Shown here in pieces: positions 53,394-64,000 of a stretch of 64,000 nt of DNA. The translations under genes and the position numbers were made by a program. The first letter of the stretch is position 1. Each line of letters opens with the position of its first letter. Source of the stretch: Owenia fusiformis (lineage: Eukaryota); assembly GCA_903813345.2 (NCBI GenBank), contig CAIIXF020000001.1, forward strand, positions 5,270,001 through 5,334,000, written 5' to 3'. The notes under the pieces were generated by a model that was not told where the DNA came from, searched no databases, and worked only from the letters and a program-made list of their open reading frames with translations.

Positions 53394-56300
53394 TTACCAA
53401 TCATGGTTGTCAATAATTTGTAACCTATTATTGAGATCATACATTGATTTAAAATCTGGGTCTAACGTGAAGGGGATTGTAGGCCCAATAAGATCTGGCA
53501 ATTCATTGATGTCATTTCCAGAACCTTCTCCACTACCTCCACTGCCTTCATCATTGTCTCTGTTGTTCACATCAAAATCTGGAAGAAGTTCATCAGGCTT
53601 TATATTTTAATTCATATAAGTTCATAAAGAGTGATATTATTATTGTATATAATGTGGCAGAAATAAATATATTTAATGTCTTGTGAATTTTTTTAAAAAT
53701 CTTTGATAAGGGACAATCAAGTCTATAAACTAGAAATTGGCAACTGACAGAGAAGCAAATCCCAATGAACAAAAAAATATCCTTAATCTGTATAAATGTC
53801 CAATATAATATTTACCATCTACTCTACCCTTGATTTGCAGATAATAAGACAGACATGTAACTAAATGTAACCATAGTTTGAAGAGATCCCTAAAGTATAG
53901 CGAATTCTCGCTTTAGGTAGCCATTTTGAAATTTCATAAATCTTCCCACAAAATATGACAAAAAATCAAATCAAGTTATTTTCCGGACAGATGTTCAGAG
54001 AATGGAGGGATTCACTAAATCCTTATTGAACTTCGTTCATTGGGATAACAAGCTTCTCATGGGAATTCAAGAAACGAGACAAATATTTCATATTTAAAAC
54101 AAATAAAAATAAAAACATCAAACTGAAGCATCTAACTGCAGCATTCAGGCATTAGCAAAAAAGCAAAAAAAAATTTTTAATAAATATATTTGATTTTGTA
54201 TTTTTAATATAAAAGAAATCTTTTGAATTTGAAAGACAGAGATTTAGTCCTGGATTTTGTTGTTAGGTATGATAATGCCTGGAATAAGTGGAACATAGGA
54301 TCTTGCTAATTTCTCCTAACCTCTTCATTGGATATTTCATTGACTAGGCTTTGAATAAAAAAAACTCACACCTTGTACCAACGTACCCACTTAGGTGGGT
54401 CACGATACAGTCTTCGAAGGATTCAATTTTTACTGTTTCAAAAGATTATTCTTAGTTGATGCTTTAACTTCATGTACTTATCCACTCATGGCATTTAAAG
54501 ATGTGAAATTCTGATGAAGGATAAAATAAATAAAATAGCAAAGATAAACAATTCTGCAATCTGGCCTTATTTTATGACTAGACAAATGTTAGACCTATAA
54601 GACATACATGTAGGCCTACGAGTGCATAAATGCATCTACAATTCGGCATAGGAGATTGAATATTCTTAATATTTAAAAGATTGAACCCTTCAAAGACTCT
54701 ACCATGCCCTATATGGGTTTTTTATACAAAGCCCATCATTGACTAGCATGACATTTCAACCATGAGATGCAAAACAACACCATGCATAGACCATCGAAAA
54801 AAGAAGAATGGTAGATGAATAGCATGCATGCAATGAAAACATAGTTTTTGTTCAATGTTAGAATGGCATTACTTGGAAAGAAGAAACAGCATTTAAAAGC
54901 AATCATGCATCTAAATGAGATAAAAAGCAGCATCAATGTGTAGCAAGTATTGAACAGTGCTGCTTGTAAGTATTCACAGATGAAATATTAGAGGGGTTCA
55001 CACAATAGCAAAATCATATTTGCTACCGCATCTCTATTTAATTGAACTACTTCACATAAATCTGGTGAATGCTGGCGGATCCAGGGGGGGATTTTAGAGC
55101 CCCAAAAATTTTGTAGGGCCTCAAAAATGAGCCTTTTGGGCCCAAAAGTTTTCCCTGACTATAAATTTTCCCCCTTTCCCCCTTATTAGCTTCTGTATTG
55201 ACTAGTGAATGTGTCATGGATTTTAGATAGGTTCTGCTAAAACGTTGTGTGAAACCTCTCTACAGAGAAAATCTCTACACTTAAACTTCCAGTTGTGACA
55301 AAACGTAGAATAACCCACATAAAAATGGCCACTTAATAAGCCAAACTGTCATTGGGCAGTGTAATACATGTATGCTACCAAAAGTATCAACAAAATCACT
55401 CCAGTACTTTTCCAGTTAAAGCAAAAAAACAAAAGAAATTGCCTGCTTCCCCTCCATCCCATTTATCTGATCATTGGGTATGATAAAGTAGAACAAGATG
55501 TATGAAACAAAGGACCAGGTATAGTATGCATGGCAAGTGATTTCAGATGGTCATATCTTTCACCATGAGCACTTTCTCAATTTAAATATGACATTTCCTA
55601 TTAACACAATATGTTAAACTGATAATATTCAAGTTTAAGGGAACTTTCTAAATACCTGCCATTAGTGGTGGTACGGTGAATCGGCAACTTGAATAACCAT
55701 TCTTTTGGACTAAAACGTCTTCCTTATTTATAGCATGTGAATCATGAATCGAAACCGGAAGTAGAGCTCACCCTCGTTTTGGTTTTCAAAATTTTGTTGA
55801 ATTTTCATGTTTTGGAGCATAATAATGGATTGAATGGTAAGTTTTAGAAGGTTATATTTCTTTTAAAATATTTGAATTAATTTGATTAATCATCGTCAAT
55901 TTGCTCCCAATAATCAAGTCTGAAAAACTGGATAATCCCACCACTACCTGCCATGTTAATTAACCTGCATCAGCCACCAGTGGTGAAACTGGTAACTACC
56001 TACTCACATCTGGGTAATTAGGCAATTCAATGGCCTCCTGTCAAGTACCCATAATCTTGGATGAAGAATGCCTTATTTACTTACTGAGAAAGGCAGTCTT
56101 TTATAAGGGGGAACAAGAAAACTGAAGCACAACATAAAAACTAACTTCCTAATTCCTAAAACTTGAAATAAAAGCGAAATCATAAAGAACATTTATACAG
56201 GGTGTTCCAAAAGTAACAGGACTGGTGCTGGCATTTTGTCAATTTTGCACTGAGTGTCTTCAAATTTTCACAAATTTACTTTGTAGTATTGCAACTAAAA

Positions 56301-59300
56301 TTGTAAAGTTTCAGAAAAAAAGATGAAATGCGGTTAGAGTTATGGTTGCTATAGAAACATGACATCACAATACCCGGGGCAACTTTTCCGTGAAAATATG
56401 ATATCTCACATTTTTGTATTACTGAACATCTCTTGTTTATTGTATCAGTTCCTTTGTTGTAAAGGTGTTGCATATACAACTCAGATTCAAGTATAATTTC
56501 ATAATGATAATAATATTTATTCAATTTCCTGGAATATCACTATGTATAAGGGTCTGGACAATTCACGGTTGAGTTTTTGAAAAGACCCAATTTGAAGCCA
56601 GTCATCTACCTTGATAGCGCGCCTGCCCGCAGGTCACCATTTAAGACCATGCAGCTGTAGAGGAGCTAGGTCTTGAGTCTAAAACCATGCACCATACTCC
56701 TCTGATCATGCAATATCTAATGTTTACTTATATTGAGAATGGAATGCTAATCAGTGCTGTAGGACCTTTAAAGATGGGAATGACCTTCTCCAAATTGTCC
56801 AATTGGCCCTGCGTGACATGTCATCAAATGGGTTCACTCGTGTGTTTGGGTAATGGATACAGAGTACTACTCTTGTACTCACCAAAGAGGAGCCTATTTT
56901 TCAAAGTAGAGGATACATAGGAATATCAAATGATGTAAAACAAATGTAATTCCAACCAGTTGCTGCATTTCAACTTTGATATGGCATGTACAAAATGATA
57001 TGGCATGTACAAAATGTTTAATGTCTCTGTAACTTTTTGCGTGAAATATTGCCCCGGGTATTGTGATGTCATGTTACTATAGCAACCATAACTCTACCCG
57101 AGTTTCATATATTTTGTCGAAACTTTGCAGTCTTAGTAACGATACATGAAAGTACATTATGTAAAATTTTGAAGACGATTGGTGCATATTAAACAAAATG
57201 CCAGCACCAGTCCTGTTACTTTTGGAACACCCTGTATACATGTATAGAGGTTATTTAGTGAGAAGATTGCTATGTAAAATGTATTCCTAGAGAAAATATG
57301 ATATTGGCGGAAAATATCATATTGACCGATAGCTCAAGTGTCAATATACTTGAGCAAAATAGAGCCTCCAAGTGCGCTCCTTAGTGATTTTTCAATTACC
57401 TCTTCTGCACTAAGGTTCCAATACACCATTGGAAAGCTGAGAGTGTCAGCTTTAAGAATCCAACTTACATTCTAATTTTCGCTGAATGCAAAATTTGTTA
57501 TTAACCCTTTCATCACCAAGGGGTAAAATTAAGAAATAAACAGTACATTGGAATCTTTAGTTCAGAGGTGGTCATTTATATCACCCTAGTTTGCTCACTA
57601 ATATGATATTTTCCTTGGCCAATATCACATTTTGCCAAGGAAAAATTCATATTCCATCATGACCATGAATAACCTGTTTATTCCATATAGTTTTTTTTCT
57701 GAAACTAATTTATTTTAAAGTTTTGTTTGTCATCACCCAATAATGGTGACACAAAATGGCATGATTTAATATATACTAATAAAATATTTTCAACTTTTAT
57801 TGATTTTTTATTACCTTTTATTGATTTCTATATTGCAGAATTATGATAGGTTTGTATGTGTACGTCACATATGTGTGTTACACCAGAAGTGTTAATATGT
57901 GCAGTCCAAATATTCTGAAAAAGTCAGAATGCAATGAGAGTGTGTTTAATTAAGTTTAAACTTTATTTTATGTTAGGTGATGATGTTCTTTTTAGTCAAT
58001 GGGGGCACGATCAATTTTATATTGTAGATGGACTGGTAAAACAGTTTTTAACAAAGATGTTTACTTGTGACAGGGCCATAAAAAAATTATGGAATAAAAA
58101 GGTCAGTTCATGATTGATTTTCAATATGAATTTTATTCCAGAGTAATGTGATATTGACCGAGGGAAACATGATATGAATAAATGAGTGCAACAAGTGGGT
58201 GTCCACATGATATTTCCTGGGGTAATAACCTATATATATGTATCTACTTTGCTAATGATGGGATAAAAAACTAAACTCCCTTAACATGTAGAAGTGTAGT
58301 TAGTAGTGATAAAACAAACAATACCTGAACAGTGTGTAAAAGAGAGATTTGTGTATCAGGGATCACACTGTCTCTTTCAAACTGTTGCTGGATTGTCTAG
58401 ATTTGATAAAGACATGTATATAAATTCATGTATTAGAAAAAGAGTGAATCAGAGTCCATTGGCGTCGGAAGAGGGAGGGAATTGGGGGCGACCGCTCCCC
58501 TAGATTGGTGTGTGCTTCACGCATGACCCATCCATACCCAAAAGTCGCCCTCCCCTCGGCAAATCCTTCTGACGCCCCTAGAGTCCAATGTATAGTAAAG
58601 CACAATATATAACACCACACACATATAAGAGAGTCATGCTAAGAATTAAAAGCAAGAAGTACACACATCATTGGCACCTCTGTGTTGCTATGACAACACA
58701 TGTCGCTATGACAACAAATCAATGCCCCCTGGGTGGAATGGTTTCAACATTCTGCGCCCTCTTACAGTAGTGCCTAAGAAAAAAAGAAAGAATTCAGCAT
58801 AAACAACTAAAGCATAGGCTTCAGATAAAAAGTGCAAGACTTTATGTTTCTCATGAAAGGATCGTACATGTGATCAAGAGGAAACACATTCCAATATCAC
58901 TTAGAGTTAGTCTTATATAAAGCCTTACAACATAATACACTAATGAGTGCAATTAGGGTATCAATATAACAGCAAAAAATTGAAAAAAAAATTAAGTAAG
59001 GTTTGTATACATAGTTTGGAAAAATGATTTCAGATTTTTAACTTACCCTCCCCAGGCTGTTTGCTCCGCACTGTACATTCCTTGGCACCTTTGCATTTCC
59101 GTAGTTTGTTAAGCTGCTCGTGAAGTTGTTGAAGGACTGGGTAACTCAAGTCATGCACTGCATTACGTAGCTAAAAGCAGAAATATAAGGATGGTGCTGT
59201 AGGCGATGGAGATTTATAGTTTTTAAAATCTTGAACCCAAAAGAAACATTACTTTTTGATTTGTTCCATGATCTATGAGAGAGATGGATGAAACAACTAA

Positions 59301-62300
59301 GCAAAGATATGTTAAATAAAGCTGAAATTTGAAACATTGATTTGTACTCTTATCTATCTGGAATTCCAGTGGCTTTGTAATTAGTCTATATCATCACCTT
59401 ATCACTTTCAATTCTCTGGTTTTAGAGACATACATGTATATTCAAAAGGATACTTTTAACATTTTGAGCTTTACCATACAGAATTTGTTCTTGTATGAAA
59501 TTAAGAATGTACACTTACAGTATTTACAAATAAAAAACAATAAAAATCTGAGCAATGTTCCTCTTACCTGATAGGGGTCCTTATACATATCATAGTAACT
59601 GATGAAGCCAGTGATAAACTCACAATAGAGATGGTTGTTGGTGGAATTGATGGTCCTCAGACACCAGTATGTGTTGTTATTAGAGTTAGAGCAAAAACAG
59701 AATGGGCCCCCTAAAATAGCAAATACAATGATGTTTATTTGTCATCAGTGTGGGGACAAAAATATATGGCATTTTAAAGTGAGATTTTATTTTTCAATGC
59801 AGAGTTGTCAAATTCTGAGACAGGCATTTTCAAATTTTCATATATTTCTTTCAAAACGCCTCACTTGCCTTTTTCCTCAATTTGTTGGACTTAAATTTTG
59901 CATGATGCAGAAATGGATAATTTTGTGGTAGACATTTTAAAAACACCTTACTTTATTAGCCTGTTCCCTTACTTTGTCAGACTTCCGTGTGGAGTTGCAA
60001 AATTTTAAGACAAAATCAAAATGCCTGAATCAAAATTTTACATTGAACTCTAAATAGAAATGGGAATGCAGCAAAGTGAGGGAAATGGTTTAAGTTAGGT
60101 CTTTTGGGAATTCCATATACAAAAGATTTTCAACTCTAAATAGAAACATAATTATCAAAGTTGAAGAAAGTGAGGAAAATAATAGGGCAAAGTAAGCTGT
60201 TTGAAAAAGTCTGTTTCAAAAGTTTTCAGTTCTACTGAGAAATATATCAAAGATAAGGAAAGTAGTGGAAACAAGGCATTAACATAACAAAATGTCACCA
60301 CCTGCAAATGATTACAAAATGGTAAAACTGTTACACTTGTTGTCCTTGAAAGTTTAACTTTTTTAGACTTCAGTAGGTATTTTGTGATTGCCGACTTGAA
60401 GGATCGAAAAAATTAATTTGAAAAATCAACTTCTTGACCTTTCGAAGGTTACTGAAGGTCAACCAAAGGTCAAACCTCAAGACAGATTTGAACTTCAGAG
60501 AACTTGTAAATGATTTTGAAAAAATTAATTTTTTTACTTTTTTGAACTTCAATATGTTGCCATATAATATGGTAACAGATATTGGCAGAAATGTGTTGGA
60601 ACTCATAACATGTTTATATATACTGACAGTAAAAATCTGCAGTCAGTCTAAACAGTACTCGTTAAGTTATCGGAAGTTGTAAATTTTTGTTACAGATACC
60701 TAACTCTGGACACCCACCACCAAACACCATCCACAAAAAAGACTATAACAATATGTCACCACTCTTGTTGGTGACATAATAATGAAGGCCAAATGTTAGA
60801 TGCATTGATAATGCCTGACATGACTCACATTATCACTGAGAAACTATGGCGTTGATAAATGAAAATAACGAAATAATACTGAAAACCTTACTTTTAAAAT
60901 GCCATAATTTTTGTTCCTATATCATGACATATATATAAAAGATATACCAAAATATAATTATGCAACAACCATCGTAATATCATTTACTATTTTTAATACA
61001 GAACATAATATCAAATTTTAAATGTGCATCAAATATTGGCTTTTCAAACAATGTTGATCAGTAGTTTCTGTAAAATGTGAAACGCATTACACAATCTACA
61101 AGAAGAACTAAGCCCCAAGTAAACATGTCCAAATGCATATATAACATGTTATTCAAGGTGACGCTTGGACTAAATGAAAATTGAACAATTTCTATAAACA
61201 GCTTCAGTCAATATGTTGAAATGCATGCAGGAGTATAAAATAAAGGGACCAATATTGCAAGTCATGCAGAACACTGGAGTTGGAATGAAGCAAAAGTTGA
61301 TGAAAACACACATTTTGCTGTCTTTAGTTTTTGTATAGCTAGTACTATAGACCACAAGTGATAAAGTGACCACAAGTGGGCTCTTGTATTGGTCATTCCA
61401 CAAATTTTCATTAATAAATTAATTTAAAAACATTTATACTGGTATATGTGGTATCCCTAATTAAAACATTGATATAAACAAAGTACTGCACATGTATCTC
61501 TCGACATTCATTAACACAAAGCTGCTGACAAGAAAATCTGATGTTTTAAAAAAAGAGCTCATTCTGGGGCAGCCCCTAGAGTTGGCAATATTTGACCAGA
61601 TTTATTGCCCCCACAGTGGGGAATTGAATTTATTTTGCCCGGGGGTAAGGAATTCAACAGGTCAAACTTTTTGTTAAATTCCGCACCTATGCATGGGTGG
61701 GGGGTTCACACAAACTTTTGAATCGTGCATAAAGCTTTAAATAAGGACAGTTGACTATGCTTATACACATTGATTCCAGCTCTTAAAACTTCACCATGCT
61801 TTTGATTTCAACACTCTTTAAGCAAGTCTGGGATTCTGAAATGATCAAATCAAGATGCTCCTGTAAAATATCAGTAGAAGGAAAAGTCAACATTCCAAGT
61901 ATAAGCATGCAGGAATGAAATACTTCGGGAAACATTTGGTGAATTGGCATGCCATGTTACGTTTTATTTCATTTTATTTACTCTCTGAATGGGTAAATGT
62001 GCAAACATGATTATATTTAATCATATCATGCTTGTTATTCTTCTATGTTGCTGTAGTCAGCTTTTATGATACTGAAGAATTTGACTCTATATCAGCTTTG
62101 AAAGGATGTTCATCAGAAAACGTTCCTTCATTAATTTCTGAGATTTTTTATGTTGTTAATAGTAATGCACCATTGCAAACCAAAAAGTACCAATTTCTAA
62201 AGTAGTTACAATGCAAAACCAGACTTGGGTTGGAGTAGTAGGGCGGGGTCACACAATGTATGAGTCATGCATGTATGCACATCTTTCTCATGACATACCA

Positions 62301-62527
62301 AATGATCATTTTCTGGCCATCCATTTATTTTCTAATCAATGAATTTCTGTATTCAAATGTAGGATGAACAGAGGGAAAGTCATGAGAAAGTATACATAAT
62401 CATGTTATTTGAATCAGAAAAATGTTCATACTGTCCCAGAGGGGAGAAACCTTCCAATGACGATCACTCATTATATGGCATTCAAGACCAAACCCTTGGC
62501 ATTTGGGATGCTTTTTCGATTTAGTGG
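53394..62527 (-). CDS. SULF1: Extracellular sulfatase Sulf-1/2-like (heparan sulfate 6-O-endosulfatase), 3' exons only; gene continues beyond the window
   Basis: Exons (minus): 62432-62527 ([23 protein letters not shown]), 59568-59710 ([47 protein letters not shown]), 59047-59170 ([32 protein letters not shown]), and putative last exon 53394-53578 ([21 protein letters not shown]...DNHDW*). The [19 protein letters not shown]...DPYQ motif is diagnostic of the Sulf C-terminal domain. The last exon is less certain. Confidence 0.88.
54346..54734. mobile_element. PIF/Harbinger-like MITE (family of 3463-4049)
   Basis: GGCTTTGAATAAAAAAAAC...TTTTTATACAAAGCCC, with shared internal CAGTCTT(C/T)GAAGG and GAACCCTTCAAAGACT. 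Confidence 0.7.
56198..57234. mobile_element. Tc1/mariner-type MITE with long TIRs in a Sulf intron
   Basis: TA|CAGGGTGTTCCAAAAGTAACAGGACTGGTGCTGGCATTTTGT (42 bp perfect, about 200 bp imperfect)...CACCCTG|TA. Confidence 0.92.
58457..58580. mobile_element. Miniature TIR element with a 5-bp TSD
   Basis: GAGTC|CATTGGCGTCGGAAG...CTTCTGACGCCCCTA|GAGTC. Confidence 0.7.
60271..60778 (+). mobile_element. Second Helentron/HINE-like family element in a Sulf intron
   Basis: ACAAG start, subterminal ATGTCACCA / TGGTGACAT, TGACCTT/AAGGTCA internal motifs, 3' hairpin ATGTCACCACTCTTGTTGGTGACAT. Confidence 0.55.
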
Positions 62528-62853
62528 CTAGAAAGATCATACAAATTATGATTTGGATTCTTTATGTTCTTATACCTGTATACATCAGATACAAATGAGA
62601 CATAAATATCATTCATACTCTAACTGATAACTTAATGCTATTATGTATCTGTAATATCATGGATGCCTATAATATAGTTCTATATTATAGGACTATATAG
62701 GATAATTCTACTTCAAAAGTGGAGATTACAAATATGTACATTTATTTAAAACCATACATTATAAATAAGCAGTGAAGCCGTAGCAAAATCTTTTCTTCTG
62801 TGATTATATTGCACGCTCATAATGTATCAATAATAAAAGAATACTGAAGCAAA

Positions 62854-63940
62854 CTAGATAACAGCAACGTCAAAGCGTAGCAAAACCCATCGAACAGCCA
62901 TGGCTGGCATTTTTCAGAAATCATTGTACTACTTTTTCAGTTATAGCAAAGATCATAAAAAAAGTTTTTATTAAATATGGCCACCATTTTCAAAATGGTT
63001 GCTCACTAGCCAAATTGTCATAAGAAAGTGTAATATGCTTCTAAAAAGTAGACAAATATATAATTTCAAAAAAACCGCACACACATACATGTAAATGGTG
63101 GTCATTTTGCAAAATAGCTGCCTACTAGCCAAAGTGTCGTTAGACAATGTCCCATGCTTATGACCTACCAAATATGAACAAAATGGCTCTATTACTTTTT
63201 GAGTTTTAGTAAAAAAACGTAAAATAACATATGTGAAAATGGCGAGCATTTTCAAAATGGCTGCCTTTCGACAGTATGCCGTGCTTATGATATTCACATA
63301 TCAAACATGAACAAAATCACTATTATTTTTTGAGTTTGACACATGTAAAAGTGGTGGCCATTTTCAAAATGGCCGCGTACTCGCCAGAGTGTGATAAAAC
63401 GGTGTGTGATGCTTATGAGCATTCAAATATCAAATATGAACATGCAAAATTGCTCCACTACTTTTCAAGTTACAGCAAAAAACGTAAAATAATGTGTAAA
63501 GGCCATCATTTTTCAAGATGATTGCCATCTACATTTGTAGCTTTACTAAAGGACGTATATAACTATCAAGAGCTTAGAAAACAATAAAAATGAGTTTTTT
63601 GAAAAATAAATCATCAATTTGATTCATTTTCATTAATTAAATCCAATAAATACGCTTTCTTTCTTTCTTTATACAATCTTTAATATCATATATAACTTTT
63701 TTACATTTGGCAGTAAAATGGCCACCATTTTTGAATTAGTTGCCATTTTGAAAATCCCCTTTCGAGAAGAACTTTTACCCCTATAGGACATACATAGCAC
63801 ATTATGAACAAAATCGAGCTGACAGTATCTTAGTTATCGCCCGGATAGACGGGTGGATGGACAGACGGATTGACTTACATATGGATGGCCGGACGGATGG
63901 AAGCATTCCCTATATCCCTCCAAACTTTGTTCGTTGGGAT
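62854..63940 (+). mobile_element. Helentron/HINE-like non-autonomous rolling-circle element with internal tandem repeats
   Basis: Starts CTAG in an A-rich site. Subterminal IR (CCCATCGAA / TTCGTTGGG), tandem AAAATGGC-containing units, GGAC/GGAT microsatellite and a 3' hairpin ending GGGAT. Other copies at 10190-10570, about 11570-11940, 20668-21120 (-), 45410-45556 (-) and 53730-54047. Confidence 0.7.
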
Positions 63941-64000
63941 AATAAAGAATGGAAAATGAAGACTGTTAAACATAACTAGGAAACATACTGTATAATAATG

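Noticed and set aside
61170-61862. Possible extra Sulf exons (acceptor-like sites near 61275 and 61862)
   Set aside because: The flanking exons 62432-62527 and 59568-59710 already join in phase into continuous Sulf sequence, and these frames show no Sulf similarity.
1-64000. tRNA, rRNA or snRNA genes
   Set aside because: No recognisable structured RNA gene was seen by eye; tRNAscan-SE or Infernal/Rfam would be needed to exclude them, intronic snoRNAs especially.

Overview
Eukaryotic (AT-rich invertebrate animal) genomic DNA with four spliced protein-coding genes reconstructed by hand from GT-AG boundaries. SKP2 (minus strand, 11 exons, 472 aa) and holocytochrome c synthase HCCS (plus strand, 5 coding exons, 301 aa) are transcribed divergently. 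U2 snRNP A' SNRPA1 (plus strand) has one large exon and a short terminal exon. The 3' end of an extracellular heparan-sulfate 6-O-endosulfatase (SULF1/2-like, minus strand) runs off the right edge. Intergenic and intronic DNA is dense with DNA-transposon relics: Tc1/mariner, PIF/Harbinger-, Kolobok-, Helentron- and Academ-like elements. The most notable structures are: (1) a 102-bp perfect inverted repeat enclosing a promoter-like core between SKP2 and HCCS, with mirror-image splice donors; (2) a full-length mariner whose transposase carries an intron and has DD35D spacing; (3) a near-identical tandem triplication of a 2.3-kb unit; (4) nested foldback elements in the single SNRPA1 intron; (5) a Sulf C-terminal tail with Ser-Gly glycosaminoglycan-attachment motifs and a possible alternative exon. 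All gene and family assignments come from motif recognition; no database search was run.
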